Assembly (NCBI GenBank): GCA_965214605.1
Contig: OZ243961.1
Location: forward strand, 160,001-224,000
DNA length: 64,000 bases
Direction of reading: 5' to 3'
From: an uncultured Candidatus Binatia bacterium
GTDB taxonomy: Bacteria; Desulfobacterota; Binatia; Bin18
In this document: positions 1 to 10,036 of the stretch, piece after piece
How positions within the stretch are numbered: position 1 is the stretch's first letter
Layout of the letters: each line of letters starts with the position of its first letter
Notes under the pieces: generated by a model
Database searches by the model: none
What the model saw: the letters and a program-made list of their open reading frames with translations, nothing else
What the model was told of the DNA's origin: nothing
Program-made: the position numbers and the translations under genes

Positions 1-247
1 CGGCCTCATAGCAGCGATCGACTGCCTCCTTACGGTTGGCGCGCAGCGCGATATGGACCCCGCTGTCCTCACTCACCCGTTCCATTTGGGAGCGGAGGTT
101 GAGCCAGAACTCAGGATATTTTTTCCCAAAGCCGGTCGTGTCCCGGCGTTCGACCAGTTTGTTGAAGCCGATCGCGGCAAGAACGGTATGATAAAAGCTG
201 GTGCTGCGTACCAGGTCACCCACGCTAATCGAGATATGGTCAATCAT
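1..247 (-). CDS. VOC/glyoxalase family protein (runs off the window edge; not in ORF track)
   Basis: Manual translation MIDHISISVGDLVRSTSFYHTVLAAIGF...GFGKKYPEFWL...GVHIALRA; GGGGAGG RBS upstream. Confidence 0.85.
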   Translation of the reverse strand, partial: MIDHISISVGDLVRSTSFYHTVLAAIGFNKLVERRDTTGFGKKYPEFWLNLRSQMERVSEDSGVHIALRANRKEAVDRCYEA

Positions 248-265
248 GTTTTCCTCCCCGGATAT

Positions 266-559
266 CTAGGTGGTAGACCCAGCGGTAGGTGGGCGGACGG
301 GTGTCGGAAACGGGGCTTCGAGTATCTTACGGCCCGTCCGCTCTTCAAACACGTCGACCCACTCCACGAGCCGCTCAGGACGAATAGAAAAACCCTCGAC
401 CCCGATCGCTTTGGCCACCTGGCGAGCGATGCTGCCGGCGCTCAGCGGCCGCTCCGGCCTGCCGCGATAGGCGACCGTCACAGAGTGGGAGATGTCGTCT
501 TCAACGGTCCGATACAGGGCTCCAAAATGCAGTTGAATTGCTCTGTCAGCTCTACACAT
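266..559 (-). CDS. hypothetical protein
   Basis: 97-aa ORF with a GGAGGG RBS, co-oriented just upstream of the VOC gene; no family recognised. Confidence 0.4.
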   Translation of the reverse strand: MCRADRAIQLHFGALYRTVEDDISHSVTVAYRGRPERPLSAGSIARQVAKAIGVEGFSIRPERLVEWVDVFEERTGRKILEAPFPTPVRPPTAGSTT

Positions 560-713
560 TGTCCGCCCTCCGGTGACGGCTGTGTCTGTTGACTTCTCTG
601 TCCGGCCAGTCTATGCCTGCGGGCAGACTTCGTATAATATCAGAAATGATACGAAAAAGCCTAGGTGAGCCATGTACCGATCGAAACGGCACGGCAGCCA
701 AAGGAGGAAGAGC

Positions 714-1901
714 ATGAACGGTTATACCATTATCGACGTTGATACCCATGTCACGGAACTGCCCGATCTGTGGACAAGCCGGGTACCCGAGCGGATGAAG
801 GACGCTGTGCCCCGTGTGGACACCGATGCTAAAGGCCGGCTGTGGTGGTTCATCGGTGACCGACGTATTGCCAATCCGGGTTTGACCGCAACGGCTGGGG
901 TAGGCGACATGATGAGTTGGCCTAGAAGCTACGAAGAGATGCACCCCGGGGCCTACGACGCCAAGGAACGCCTGAAATACATGGATAAAATGGGCATTTG
1001 GGCGATGGTCATGTATCCCAACGTTGGCGGGTTTGGCAGCCAGGAGTTTCTGAGACTCGAAGATGCCGAGCTGAAACTTACCTGTGTGAAAGCCTACAAT
1101 GACTGGCAGACCGAGTGGGCTTCGGCCGATTCGCGTCGCCTGCTGCCAATTACCTCGACCCCGTTCTGGGATGTGACCGAGGCGGTCAAAGAAGTGCGTC
1201 GCTGTGCCGCTATGGGACACAAGGGTATTCTGTTCACTGGCGAGCCACAATCCCTGGGCCAGCCCTTGTTAGGTGACGAGCACTGGAATCCGCTGTGGGA
1301 AGTTGCCGTTGAGCTTGATTTGCCGATTAGTTTTCACATCGGATCCGGTAATATGGACGGGGGGCTGCGCCGCGATAAAGTTGCCAAGTATGGAAAAATG
1401 ACTGCCTTTGCCGAGCTGTCGGTCGATATTTTTATGCGTAACGGCATCCAGCTCAGCGACTTGCTCGTCTCCGGGGTACTGCCACGCTATCCGGACATTA
1501 AGTTTGTCTCGGTCGAGAGTGGTATCGGCTGGATTCCGTTTGCCCTTGAGGCGCTCGATTATCAGTTCCTGGGTAATCGTGTGCCGGAAGAACGGCCCGA
1601 TCTTGACATGTTGCCCTCCGAGTATTTTGCCCGTAACATCTACGCCTGTTACTGGTTCGAGCAAATTGCGCCCCGGCGCCTGATCGATAAGGTTGGGGCT
1701 GACAAGATCCTGTTTGAGACCGACTTTCCGCATCCGACCTCGCTGTACGGAGATGAGGTCCATGATCGGATCAAACACGGTCTTGATGACTGTGACGAAG
1801 CAATCCGCCGCAAGATCCTGTGGGACAACGGACAAAAACTCTACAAGGTTGAAGAGCCGACGGCCGACGATGAGGCCAAACGCGCGGCTGCTGTGGCCTA
1901 A
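714..1901 (+). CDS. amidohydrolase_2 family metal-dependent hydrolase
   Basis: IIDVDTH, ISFHIG, SVESGIGWIP, ILFETDFPHP motifs; AAGGAGG RBS before ATG 714. Confidence 0.92.
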   Translation: MNGYTIIDVDTHVTELPDLWTSRVPERMKDAVPRVDTDAKGRLWWFIGDRRIANPGLTATAGVGDMMSWPRSYEEMHPGAYDAKERLKYMDKMGIWAMVMYPNVGGFGSQEFLRLEDAELKLTCVKAYNDWQTEWASADSRRLLPITSTPFWDVTEAVKEVRRCAAMGHKGILFTGEPQSLGQPLLGDEHWNPLWEVAVELDLPISFHIGSGNMDGGLRRDKVAKYGKMTAFAELSVDIFMRNGIQLSDLLVSGVLPRYPDIKFVSVESGIGWIPFALEALDYQFLGNRVPEERPDLDMLPSEYFARNIYACYWFEQIAPRRLIDKVGADKILFETDFPHPTSLYGDEVHDRIKHGLDDCDEAIRRKILWDNGQKLYKVEEPTADDEAKRAAAVA

Positions 1902-2280
1902 GCCCAGAAATGATCGCCCGAGTGCGCGGGCTGACACGAACAAGCATTGCAACGCCCGCGTGCACAAAGCGAGCATCAGATAATCACTGGATGGGCTCAG
2001 GTTAGAGGGGGACTGAACAAACACCACCTGTCCCGGTCCGGGTTCCGTAAAATCGGGGACGAAGGGAATTGCTCTCAGGAGCAAACTTTGCGGAAAGCTC
2101 AATCAACCGAGAAATAACGGAAGGAGACGCAAGGGAGTCTCGCAGGATGACGCAGACTATGAGCGGCTGCTACACATAATTAAAGATACCACTAAGCAAG
2201 ACCCGGCTTGGGCTACTTCTCTTACTGCACTGCCTTCATCACGGCTTTGGAGGAGGCGGCCCCCTTGGTGCGCCAATGCC

Positions 2281-2524
2281 CTAGTCGAGCGCTGATATGC
2301 CTACCTTGTCTTGCATCCCTGCGTTTATCCTCGCCTAGCATCCGAACAGCGGCAGCGTCTCCGATCGTGGCAGATCCCATTACGGGGTTTCGCCCGGTGG
2401 AGAACCTACGTTGACATAGGCCCCTTTGGTCAGGCACCGCTAAACGCTGGAGAGACCTTAGTGGGCGACAAAGGGGAACACGGTTAAACTTGATGACTAG
2501 AATGCCAACGTAGCAGTGTCTCAT
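2281..2524 (-). pseudogene. degenerate ankyrin-repeat gene fragment
   Basis: Stitched across frameshifts: LTKGAYVNVGSPPGETP / (L)MGSATIGDAAAVRML / ARINAGMQDKVGISALD, resembling the ankyrin consensus. Confidence 0.5.
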
Positions 2525-3548
2525 TTGTCCTCCCTACGGACATCTTGCCGTAACACCGACCCCTTAGGCGTCCGACGCTGGCGACATTTGCCCATCTTGA
2601 TTGCTTTCTCCACATCATAGAGCAGGCCGATACCATGTCCGCTCCTGAGGTTGCGGGTGCCGTAGGGGTCGACTGCAAGCAGTAAGGCAAGGAGCGGGGA
2701 CGCATGGCATATCTCCTATGGGAAGGAAGGCCGATCTTCCAAGACCTCCCCGATCCAATCAAATCTTGGCACTGCTGACGATAACGACGTGTAGCTCACA
2801 TTCCTGATCGTCGATTTTGCTGTTCAAACGAAAAAAACCACCAAAAACGAAAAGAGTGTGAAACGCGCAGACCTCCCGTCCATATCCGGCACTCCTCAAG
2901 AACTGGCCAGAACAGTCTTTTGGATTCATGGTCGGACCGGAAACGTCCCGCTGTAAAGACAAAGGTCTCACACTAACGAGGCACCTCTAAAGTTATTGCT
3001 ATAGTTCGGCGTATCTCTCGTCGATTGTCCAGAGAGTCCGACAGGCTTACGCTTGAGTACGCCTGGTCACGAAAATAGTGGGAAAACCGCTAGGTTCCGA
3101 CCAAATCCGCATCTCCTCGTTTCGTGTTTGTCTTCCCGCCTTCGATACCCTTGACCCGGGACAATGGAGCCGCCCTCGCCGACGGCGCCCGCTGGAAAAT
3201 GGAAAACACAACCCGCCACGTCCTCAAGCTGCCTAGCGACCACCGGGCAGCCAATGTCGGCCCTGGTCAGGCCTCCCTCGCCCGCGGGCTCGGCGGCCTC
3301 ACCCGCCTCACCTCGGCCCTCCAGCGCGCCCACGCGCGGAAGGGGAGGCCGAGGAGCGGCAGCGAGCGCGCCGTGGCGACCGGGGAGAACCGGGCCGCGG
3401 CGAACGGCGAAGCCACCAGGAAGAGGAACCAGAGCACGAGGTAGGGGGGGCGGCAAAGCCGAGCAGCCACCGCGTCCCGAGGCGGCTGCGAGGGCGGTCC
3501 GGCAGAGCAGGAGCCGGGAGAACACTGCGTTGGGAAACCGCGCACGTC

Positions 3549-3947
3549 ATGGCCCGAGCGTTGGTTGGAGGTCCGTCTTCGATCCAGGATTGTGGCGGCA
3601 AGGGCTCATCGCCGGGCCGGCGGGCGCCGTCTTGATGGCGATACCTGCCTGCGCGGTCGCGCTGGTGCGCGACACCACCGGGCATGATTGGGTAGACCGC
3701 GGCCAAGCTCACGGTCGCCGACGTTATGATCGGCGCTGGCTTCGACGCGGACGGCGCCGTTGAAACCGTCACCCGCTCCAGGCTGCCCGACAGTTACAGG
3801 GTGCGGTGGGCGCGGGAGAACATCCGGGAGGCAGCATGGAAGGGCGTGACGCTTGGCGCGGTGTCCGGGTTCGGCGGCGCGCTGCTGTGTCTCGTGCTGG
3901 TCTGGAAGTTCATGGACGATCGCCAGCGCGGGCGTGCCGCATACTGA
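3549..3947 (+). pseudogene. fragment resembling the N-terminal membrane region of a TraD-type coupling protein
   Basis: ..ALVRDTTGHDW / MIGAGFDADG..WARENIREAAWKGVTLGAVSGFGGALLCLVLVWK, split across frames. Confidence 0.4.
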
Positions 3948-4488
3948 CGGTGCCCGGACAGCGATCCGAGGCTGGGGAGCGACTTGCGCCGACGCAGGAG
4001 AGGCCGATGTCCGCATCGACTCCATGCCACAGTCCTCGCCGCCATCGTCCGTGACCGCCATGCCGACCCATGTTCCAGCGGAAAGATTGGCAGTCTCCGA
4101 ACCTCCCCGCCCGTGAATCCGGAACTCACCATCGCGCGTAAAGGCGGGAGCGCCGCCGAAGAAATGCACCGGGAACGTGTCCGCCGTGTTGCCGGGTATC
4201 GCCATTGCTGCCGTCATGCTGCTGTCTCCATCTGCTGGTGGTCGGGAACGGCGGCAGTGCCTCTGTCCCAAGCGCCGCCCAGCTCCCGGCCGGACTCCGA
4301 CTCTCGGCGGCGCGGGACGTATCGGCCTGGGCAAGGCCGCAAGGGAGGCCACTGGCAGCCGCCGAAGACCTTTCGCCATACAGGGTGCCCGGTCGGCGCC
4401 CGCACCCGGATCGCTGCGATCCGGTCGAAATTCCGCAGCCCGGAAGTCGGTGGTGATCACGCGCTCACCAGATTCGCTCACCTGAAAA

Positions 4489-4510
4489 CATAGAGCGGAT
4501 GCGCTATATG
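4489..4510. promoter_or_regulatory. inverted-repeat operator of the TA module
   Basis: CATAGAGCG-gatg-CGCTATATG (8/9 dyad) ending 6 nt before the toxin ATG. Confidence 0.55.
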
Positions 4511-4516
4511 GTAGAG

Positions 4517-4834
4517 ATGGATTGGACGGTCGAAACCGTGTCGGCCGTCGACGCCGAAATCGCAGCCTTGCCCGTGGCGTTGCGCGCCCCGGCTGCTTAG
4601 GCTGCTTGAGACGGTGGAGAATGTCGGGCTGATCCTCCGTGCACCGCATGTCAGGCCTCTTGAAGGGAAGCTGTGGGAGCTTGCGGGTGCTGGCCGAGGG
4701 TGGCCTCGCGCGAGGGATCCACCTGACGGCGGCGGGCCGGCGGGTGGGGTGGTGCACGTCTTTGCGAAGAAGGCGCGCAAGACGCTGCGCCATGCGCTCG
4801 CAACCGCCTGAGAGCGGATGAGGTAGGTGACGCC
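4517..4834 (+). pseudogene. RelE/HigB (Gp49-like) toxin, multiply frameshifted
   Basis: MDWTVETVSAVDAEIAALPVALRA / RLLETVENVGL..PHVRPLEGKLWEL / RVLAEGGLARGI / VVHVFAKKARKT. Confidence 0.85.
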
Positions 4835-5098
4835 ATGACGAAGCTGAAAGACCTGAAGGCACGCTTTGAGGAATACGTGCGCGTCGACGAGGAGTATGCG
4901 CTCACTGAGGCGCTGGTCCGCGCCCGCGCGGCGGCGAAGCTGACGCAGGCGGAGCTTGTCCCGCGTCTTGGCACGACGCAGTCCGCAGTCGCGCGGCTGG
5001 AAGGCGGGCGGATGTCGCCGTCCTTCGCGACGCTTCGCCGCTACGCCGAAGCCACCGGCACGCGGCTGACCATGGGCCTTGTCCCGGCGGACGACTGA
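4835..5098 (+). CDS. XRE-family HTH antitoxin (HigA-like)
   Basis: LVRARAAAKLTQAEL..LGTTQSAVARLEGG..PSFATLRRYAEATG; follows the toxin remnant. Confidence 0.88.
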   Translation: MTKLKDLKARFEEYVRVDEEYALTEALVRARAAAKLTQAELVPRLGTTQSAVARLEGGRMSPSFATLRRYAEATGTRLTMGLVPADD

Positions 5099-5244
5099 GG
5101 CGGGCGGGCGAGGTTGCCGACTGGGCCTAACGGCCTGGAGGCCCCAATGCCGCCGGTCGCAGCGCCGACCGGGCCTACGTGGGGATACGCGTGGCTTGGA
5201 ACGAATCCGCTTTCAGAATGATGACGGGATTTTCAGAGAACCAA

Positions 5245-6999
5245 TTATCCTATGTTGATGCATATCCACAGCAAGGTCATCATGCCAGCCAGTAAGAACT
5301 GGCCGTCAACAAAAATCTCCCCTGGAGCACCTTTGGGCAGTAAGCGCTGATGATACACCCAGCTGACCGCACAGCTATACGGAATCACGACAAATAAACA
5401 CGCGGCGAGGGGGAGGCCTTGCCAGGGGAGGGTCAGGACCAGCAGTAAGATACTCAGAGTTACCACTACTCCGACTAGCACGGCTTTGGTGCGACGCTTA
5501 CCCACAACCTTGAAGATCGTTTCCATCCCCATGATCTTATCGCCCTGCACATCGCGCACGCCAATCAGGGCGGCACGCAAAAACACCAGTAGAAAGACAA
5601 AGGCAAGCACGCCAGCGGCCCGCCAAATCGAACTAGTGCCGACCGTGATCAGCGGAACCACAGCGCAGGCGACCGTCCAACCCAGGGCGGCGGCCAGATC
5701 TTTGGAGGCCGGGAGGTCCTTGATACTACGGAGACCCATTATATGCCTCGCCCACGACAACGGGATGAGCTTCATGCCGTAGATTGCGCCTAAACCGCCG
5801 AAGATGGCCAGGGCCAAAAACTGTCCGAAACCCAGGGTGGCGGCCAGACCCAGGGCAGTAGTCAGGGAAATCGTCGCTACTCCCAACATCGCCTGCTGAA
5901 AGCGTTGAAAGGTACGCGGCGAGAAGCTGCCCCAGCCGCTGTAGTGCGAGCGTTCTTGGTAGCGGTTGACTGTATGCATGGCCAGGATGAAAAAGCCGGC
6001 CGTTGACATCAGCGGGATGAGGATGTTGCGGGACAGGTGTGGAATGAACAACAGACTGGCCGCTAGGGCGAGACAGGCAGCGCCTAGACCAACATATACA
6101 TTGCTGGCGACCAGGACACCCATCAGGTGTTTGAGCCAGGTGTTGAGCCGGTTGACCGGTTCTTGACTGAAGGACTCCAGTTTGTCGACCACCCGGTTGA
6201 TCATCCACTCGGGCGTTGATGCCCCGGCAGTGACGCCCACCGACTGATAGGGGCTGAAATCGTGGTCTTGGAGTTCAGCATCGGTCTCAATGTGTAGAAC
6301 TTGGGGGCCTTCTTTGGCAGCTAAATCGGCCAGACGGCAGGTGTTGGCGCTGTGATGACCGCCGACAACAACCATGAGATCGACCTGGCGGGCCAGCTCA
6401 ATCGTCTCGCTCTGGTGATCCCGAGTAGGTTCACACACCGTGTTCGCCGCCCGGATAACCGTGGCTTTAGGTTTGATGGCCTCGACCGTGCGGGCAAATG
6501 TATCGTCGTTCTGAGTTGTCTGAGAGACCACACACACCCGCTCAAACTCGGGCAGCTGGGCAGCTTGATGTTCATCGGTAACAACAAAACAGCGGGTTGA
6601 GGCATAGCCCTTCAGACCTGTGACTTCGGCGTGGTGATCATCTCCAACAATAACGATGTCATACGCGTCGTTGCTGTACTTGGTGATGATCTTTTGCACT
6701 TTTCGTACTAACGGGCAGGTCGCATCGTACACATCTGCGCCACCGGCCCGGAGTTGTGTAAACGTCTCTGGACGAACCCCATGGGCTCGAACCAAGACTG
6801 TGCCGCCATGGATGTCGCCTGGCTGCTCAAAGGCGTGAATATTCTGCTCTGTGAGCTCTTCCATGACCTGGGCGTTGTGAATCAGCGGACCGAAGGTCTG
6901 GACTGGGCCATCGGTCTTTTTGGCCAGATCAAGCGCCTGATCTAAGGCTCGCCGTACCCCCCAACAAAATCCGGCTGTTTCGGCCACAAGAATTTTCAT
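5245..6999 (-). CDS. ispH: 4-hydroxy-3-methylbut-2-enyl diphosphate reductase fused to a UbiA-like prenyltransferase domain
   Basis: AGFCWGV, LIHN, DATCPLV, SQTT, NTVC, HSANT, GVTAGASTP, then multi-TM domain with RDVQGDKIMG. Confidence 0.93.
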   Translation of the reverse strand: MKILVAETAGFCWGVRRALDQALDLAKKTDGPVQTFGPLIHNAQVMEELTEQNIHAFEQPGDIHGGTVLVRAHGVRPETFTQLRAGGADVYDATCPLVRKVQKIITKYSNDAYDIVIVGDDHHAEVTGLKGYASTRCFVVTDEHQAAQLPEFERVCVVSQTTQNDDTFARTVEAIKPKATVIRAANTVCEPTRDHQSETIELARQVDLMVVVGGHHSANTCRLADLAAKEGPQVLHIETDAELQDHDFSPYQSVGVTAGASTPEWMINRVVDKLESFSQEPVNRLNTWLKHLMGVLVASNVYVGLGAACLALAASLLFIPHLSRNILIPLMSTAGFFILAMHTVNRYQERSHYSGWGSFSPRTFQRFQQAMLGVATISLTTALGLAATLGFGQFLALAIFGGLGAIYGMKLIPLSWARHIMGLRSIKDLPASKDLAAALGWTVACAVVPLITVGTSSIWRAAGVLAFVFLLVFLRAALIGVRDVQGDKIMGMETIFKVVGKRRTKAVLVGVVVTLSILLLVLTLPWQGLPLAACLFVVIPYSCAVSWVYHQRLLPKGAPGEIFVDGQFLLAGMMTLLWICINIG

Positions 7000-7151
7000 G
7001 GGCTGTCTATCCCCTTGTCTGCACCTTGTGAGGCGTATTATAGCAGTCGGATTTTTGGTCGCAAAATTGAGGGTGGTATTTGTGCGTGATGGGGGGATGG
7101 AAAACGGGCGAGCAACACCCTACAAGAGGAGGGGAGAGGGAGGAGGTCCAA

Positions 7152-7823
7152 ATGATCCATCTACTGTACTTTATCACCCGTAAGCCGTCGCTCAGGGAGG
7201 CTGAGTTCCACAGCTACTGGCGTGAGACACACGGTCCTATTGCGGCTAAAATTCCCCAGCTGGTGCGCTATGAACAGAGCCACCGTATTCCGTTTGCGGG
7301 CACGAATTCGGCCTACGACGGAGCGGCTGAAGTTTGGCTGGAGAACGAAGCCGCGTTTCACGCTCTGCGTGAAACGCCGGAATACGTGGACGGGGCCTTG
7401 GCCGACGAGTCCAATTTTATTGACAGAAACCGGGTCGAGTGGCTGGTGACCCAAGATCACGTCATTCTGGACGGCCCACAGACACCCCAGCTGACCAAGG
7501 GGATTTTTCAGCTCAGGCGCAAACCCGGCATGTCGCTGGCCGATTTTCGCCAATACTGGGTGGAAGTGCACGGGCCGATTGTGAAGCGGCTGCCTGGTCT
7601 ACGCCGCTATGTTCAGTGTCATACCGTTGATGCCGCCTACCAGTACGCCGAACCTCGGTGGGACGGCGTGGCCCAGCTGTGGTTGGACAGCCCTGAGGCC
7701 TATCAGGCGATGCTTGACTCCTCGGAGTTTCAAAACGAATCGTGGCCGGACGGGGGCAAGTTCCTCGACCTGGACTTAGTGACCAGCTTTGTCGCCCAAG
7801 AACATCAGGTCACGTGGGATTGA
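7152..7823 (+). CDS. tandem EthD-domain protein
   Basis: Two repeats of RKP..S..EF..YW.E.HGPI...PG/QL.RY.Q..DG.A..W; AGGAGG RBS. Confidence 0.88.
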   Translation: MIHLLYFITRKPSLREAEFHSYWRETHGPIAAKIPQLVRYEQSHRIPFAGTNSAYDGAAEVWLENEAAFHALRETPEYVDGALADESNFIDRNRVEWLVTQDHVILDGPQTPQLTKGIFQLRRKPGMSLADFRQYWVEVHGPIVKRLPGLRRYVQCHTVDAAYQYAEPRWDGVAQLWLDSPEAYQAMLDSSEFQNESWPDGGKFLDLDLVTSFVAQEHQVTWD

Positions 7824-9489
7824 GGTCGGCCTCGGCCTGTGCCTTGGCCCGCTTATACTCGCTACGCAGCTCCGATTGGAGTCGGCCCAGTCGGTAGGTA
7901 TTCCAGTCCAGGAATTTTGCGCTTGTGGCCAGCAGGGGGTGCACTTTCCCAATCTCGCGCCAGATATCCTGAACAATCAGCCGATAGTCTGGATGACCCT
8001 GGGGCATGGTTCGTAGCTCGCCGATATGCACGGCTTCGCGCAGGTTCATCTTCATGGTCCAGCGGATACGGTAGGCAAACGGCACGACGTACTGGGCCTG
8101 GAAGGGCAGCTCAGGGTAGATCTGCTCGTACAGTTCAGCCGCGTGGTCCATACTGCGCACAAAGTCGGCCTTGAAGCCAGCTTCCTCTATCTCTTGGGGA
8201 ATGTCGTAACCGTGGACGGTGGTAAAATCTTGGCGTTCTTGGGTCAGGATACGGTGACGGTGGAGGTCCCGATACAGCCCGAGGTTGGCGATAATATCAA
8301 AGGTGTAATACGCCTGCTCTAAGGCACGGCCGGGTTTCTCACGCCGATGGCGGCGACGACGGATGTACTCGTCGAAGAGCCCGGCGCGCTGCTCTGAAGA
8401 CAGGCTTTTGACCACGCCGCGCACCTGGCTCAAAGGGTGACGAAGGTGGGGGTAGAGGATGGCGGCCAAGACTTTATCTTCGGCGTCGACATCATAATCA
8501 AGCAGCTGAACCGACCGGTTGGCTTCGACCGGCGTGGCGGCAAAGAGACGGGCGGCGACCGCATGAACCGCGGCAGAGGTGTCGGCCAAATAGGGATTTT
8601 TTTGGGCACGTTTGACAAACGAGGGGATCAACTCGTTCAGTGCACAGTGCATGGCCCGGGCGATGGTACGGCCCTCCTCAAGCGGCTGCGAGTACAGTTT
8701 GTTGAGCAGATGTTCAAAGGCTTGACCAATACCAAAGAGGCCGACATTGGTCAGCGTGGCCGCCGGAAGGTATTGACGCAACACATCGCAGGCTTGGGCG
8801 CGTACGGTTGAACGGTAGGCCCCCTCGGCCCAGCGTCGCAGCCTGGCGTCGGATGCGGTATCTTGATAGGTGAGCGCTTCGCCGCTCTGCGGATGTGTCC
8901 ACTCCACGGTTTCGATTGGCAGGCTGCGTCGCATAAAGGCGATCATTGGCTCCATTTGATCCGCATAGGTCTGGAACAAGCGGCGGATGCCCGTGAGATA
9001 GGCATCCTGATGCGATGAGGCCATGATGGCCACTTCTTTGGCAAACAGAAAATCGCCGGTGTGATCGGTCGTATCAAAACGGACGTAGCGGGTCGATTTT
9101 TCCAGCGGCGCGATTCCGATACGGGCGTCTTCGAGCAGCTTGGCGGCGACGTTTGAGACGTTCTCGCAGGCAAGGTGGGCAGCACCGAGCTGGGCAACCG
9201 AGTCGTCGCCATAGCCGATCAACACCCGCTCATAAAACGCCCTGGCTTTTTTGACCGCGTCGGTCCGATCATCGTGGCCGCCGGGGAGCATGCCGAACGG
9301 CCAATCGGCATTGCCCAGAAATTCGTCTAAGAAAATTTTGCGTAGGCTTTTGGACGAACGGCTGTAGCGTGAGAATAAAGCCCCGGCGACTTCTTGGGGT
9401 AATTTCAGGCCAAAAATCGGCTCGCTGAGATTGGTAAAAAAAGGAGCTAGACGGTCTTGCTCGGTGACGGAGAGGGCGTTGCGCATCAC
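7810..9489 (-). CDS. thyX: FAD-dependent thymidylate synthase, double-ThyX-domain type
   Basis: YGDDSVAQL, LEKSTRY, YLPAATLTNVG, RDLHRHR, ELRTMPQGHPDYR. Confidence 0.85.
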   Translation of the reverse strand: MMRNALSVTEQDRLAPFFTNLSEPIFGLKLPQEVAGALFSRYSRSSKSLRKIFLDEFLGNADWPFGMLPGGHDDRTDAVKKARAFYERVLIGYGDDSVAQLGAAHLACENVSNVAAKLLEDARIGIAPLEKSTRYVRFDTTDHTGDFLFAKEVAIMASSHQDAYLTGIRRLFQTYADQMEPMIAFMRRSLPIETVEWTHPQSGEALTYQDTASDARLRRWAEGAYRSTVRAQACDVLRQYLPAATLTNVGLFGIGQAFEHLLNKLYSQPLEEGRTIARAMHCALNELIPSFVKRAQKNPYLADTSAAVHAVAARLFAATPVEANRSVQLLDYDVDAEDKVLAAILYPHLRHPLSQVRGVVKSLSSEQRAGLFDEYIRRRRHRREKPGRALEQAYYTFDIIANLGLYRDLHRHRILTQERQDFTTVHGYDIPQEIEEAGFKADFVRSMDHAAELYEQIYPELPFQAQYVVPFAYRIRWTMKMNLREAVHIGELRTMPQGHPDYRLIVQDIWREIGKVHPLLATSAKFLDWNTYRLGRLQSELRSEYKRAKAQAEADLNPT

Positions 9490-9989
9490 TCCAGCTCAAC
9501 CAATAACTCACCCGCCTCGACAGCTTGACCTGTGGCGACGAGGATCGCTTTGACCGTACCGGCCGTCGACGCCTGGACCTCGTTTTCCATTTTCATGGCT
9601 TCAACGATGAGGATGCCCTGGTCTTTTTCAACCGTATCGCCGACGGCAACCAAAACCTCAACGACCTTTCCCGGCATAAGCGAGCGGATCTCACTCTCGC
9701 CCACCCCGGTGCTAGTGCTTTCCCCAGGGCGCAGGGCACGCCGCTCGTCAAGCAGCCTGAACCGAAACGTCTTGCCCTCACACGACACCGTGTACTGATC
9801 GTCTTTTTCGGTCACGTCGATGGTAAACGATTGATCCTCAACCAGCAGCGAGTACATATGGGCCGACAGCTGACGGCCGTCAACGATCCGTTCTTTCCCA
9901 TCTATGACAATCCGGTACACATGGTCGGCTTCCAGCTCCTGGACCTCAATCGTATGTGTCTGGTCATCAAGGGTTGCAATATACGCCAT
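9486..9989 (-). CDS. biotin carboxyl carrier protein
   Basis: MPGKV..EAMKMENE biotinylation motif. Confidence 0.93.
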   Translation of the reverse strand: MAYIATLDDQTHTIEVQELEADHVYRIVIDGKERIVDGRQLSAHMYSLLVEDQSFTIDVTEKDDQYTVSCEGKTFRFRLLDERRALRPGESTSTGVGESEIRSLMPGKVVEVLVAVGDTVEKDQGILIVEAMKMENEVQASTAGTVKAILVATGQAVEAGELLVELE

Positions 9990-10036
9990 AGCCAGTCCGT
10001 GTCGGGAGAGGGGGGGCCTCTATCCGCCCAAATGTT

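Larger units (their letters stand above)
3130..5200. mobile_element. decayed GC-rich plasmid/ICE relic (TraD_N-like fragment plus toxin-antitoxin module)
   Basis: Visible GC shift, broken ORFs, coupling-protein-like membrane fragment and a TA pair; boundaries approximate. Confidence 0.55.

Noticed and set aside
3067-4862. Long overlapping ORFs (e.g. 3606-4862 minus, 3164-3763 plus)
   Set aside because: Arg/Pro/Ala-rich shadow frames of GC-rich decayed DNA with no motifs
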